Positions 63,957-64,000 of a stretch of 64,000 nucleotides of DNA are shown in pieces. The notes beneath the pieces are model-generated. The model worked only from the letters and a program-made list of their open reading frames with translations, was not told the origin of the DNA and made no database searches. The stretch lies in the sequence record PP359570; one strand, 5' to 3'. A program made the position numbers and the translations under genes. This DNA comes from Escherichia phage ALITA. Numbering within the stretch: position 1 is the stretch's first letter; every line of letters starts with the position of its first letter.

Positions 63957-64000
63957 CTGTTTCTCCTTCTTATTTAATCTGTATTAAATTATTAACGACG

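Noticed and set aside
1-64000. CRISPR array, integrase, attachment site, transposase or rRNA
   Set aside because: No regularly spaced direct repeats, no recombinase or transposase-like ORF and no rRNA-like sequence were found; the window looks like a strictly virulent phage region.

Overview
This 64-kb window reads as one contiguous piece of a large, AT-rich, gene-dense virulent tailed-phage genome of a Gram-negative host (myovirus-type: sheath, tube, baseplate; the organisation resembles Felix O1-/rV5-like enterobacterial phages, but identity cannot be verified here). All calls come from manual reading of the sequence and the supplied ORF translations; no database search, tRNA scanner or HMM was run. 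Plus-strand block (1-45.6 kb): a Prs-like/NAMPT-like NAD+ gene pair, small early genes, an array of about 16 recognisable tRNA genes plus several tRNA-like elements (3.5-6.7 kb) interspersed with sigma70-like promoters and a free-standing HNH endonuclease, overlapping spanin genes, a large terminase interrupted by a putative mini-intein, portal, head proteins, major capsid, tail sheath and tube, a frameshift-type tail assembly chaperone, tape measure, baseplate and at least five large tail-fibre/tailspike genes. A bidirectional terminator near 45.58 kb separates this from a minus-strand block (45.6-64 kb): beta-class DNA methyltransferase, SSB-like protein, a minimal CCA-adding-type nucleotidyltransferase, family-A DNA polymerase, primase-helicase, four putative glycosyltransferases, a secreted cell-wall hydrolase and a TerD / vWA / TelA-like gene set. 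The most interesting candidates for an undescribed system are the TerD/vWA/TelA-like module and the adjacent glycosyltransferase cluster; the terminase intein and an atypical tRNA-like element with a UCA anticodon are also notable. No rRNA, CRISPR array, integrase or transposase was seen. Coordinates of RNA genes and regulatory sites are approximate to within a few nt.
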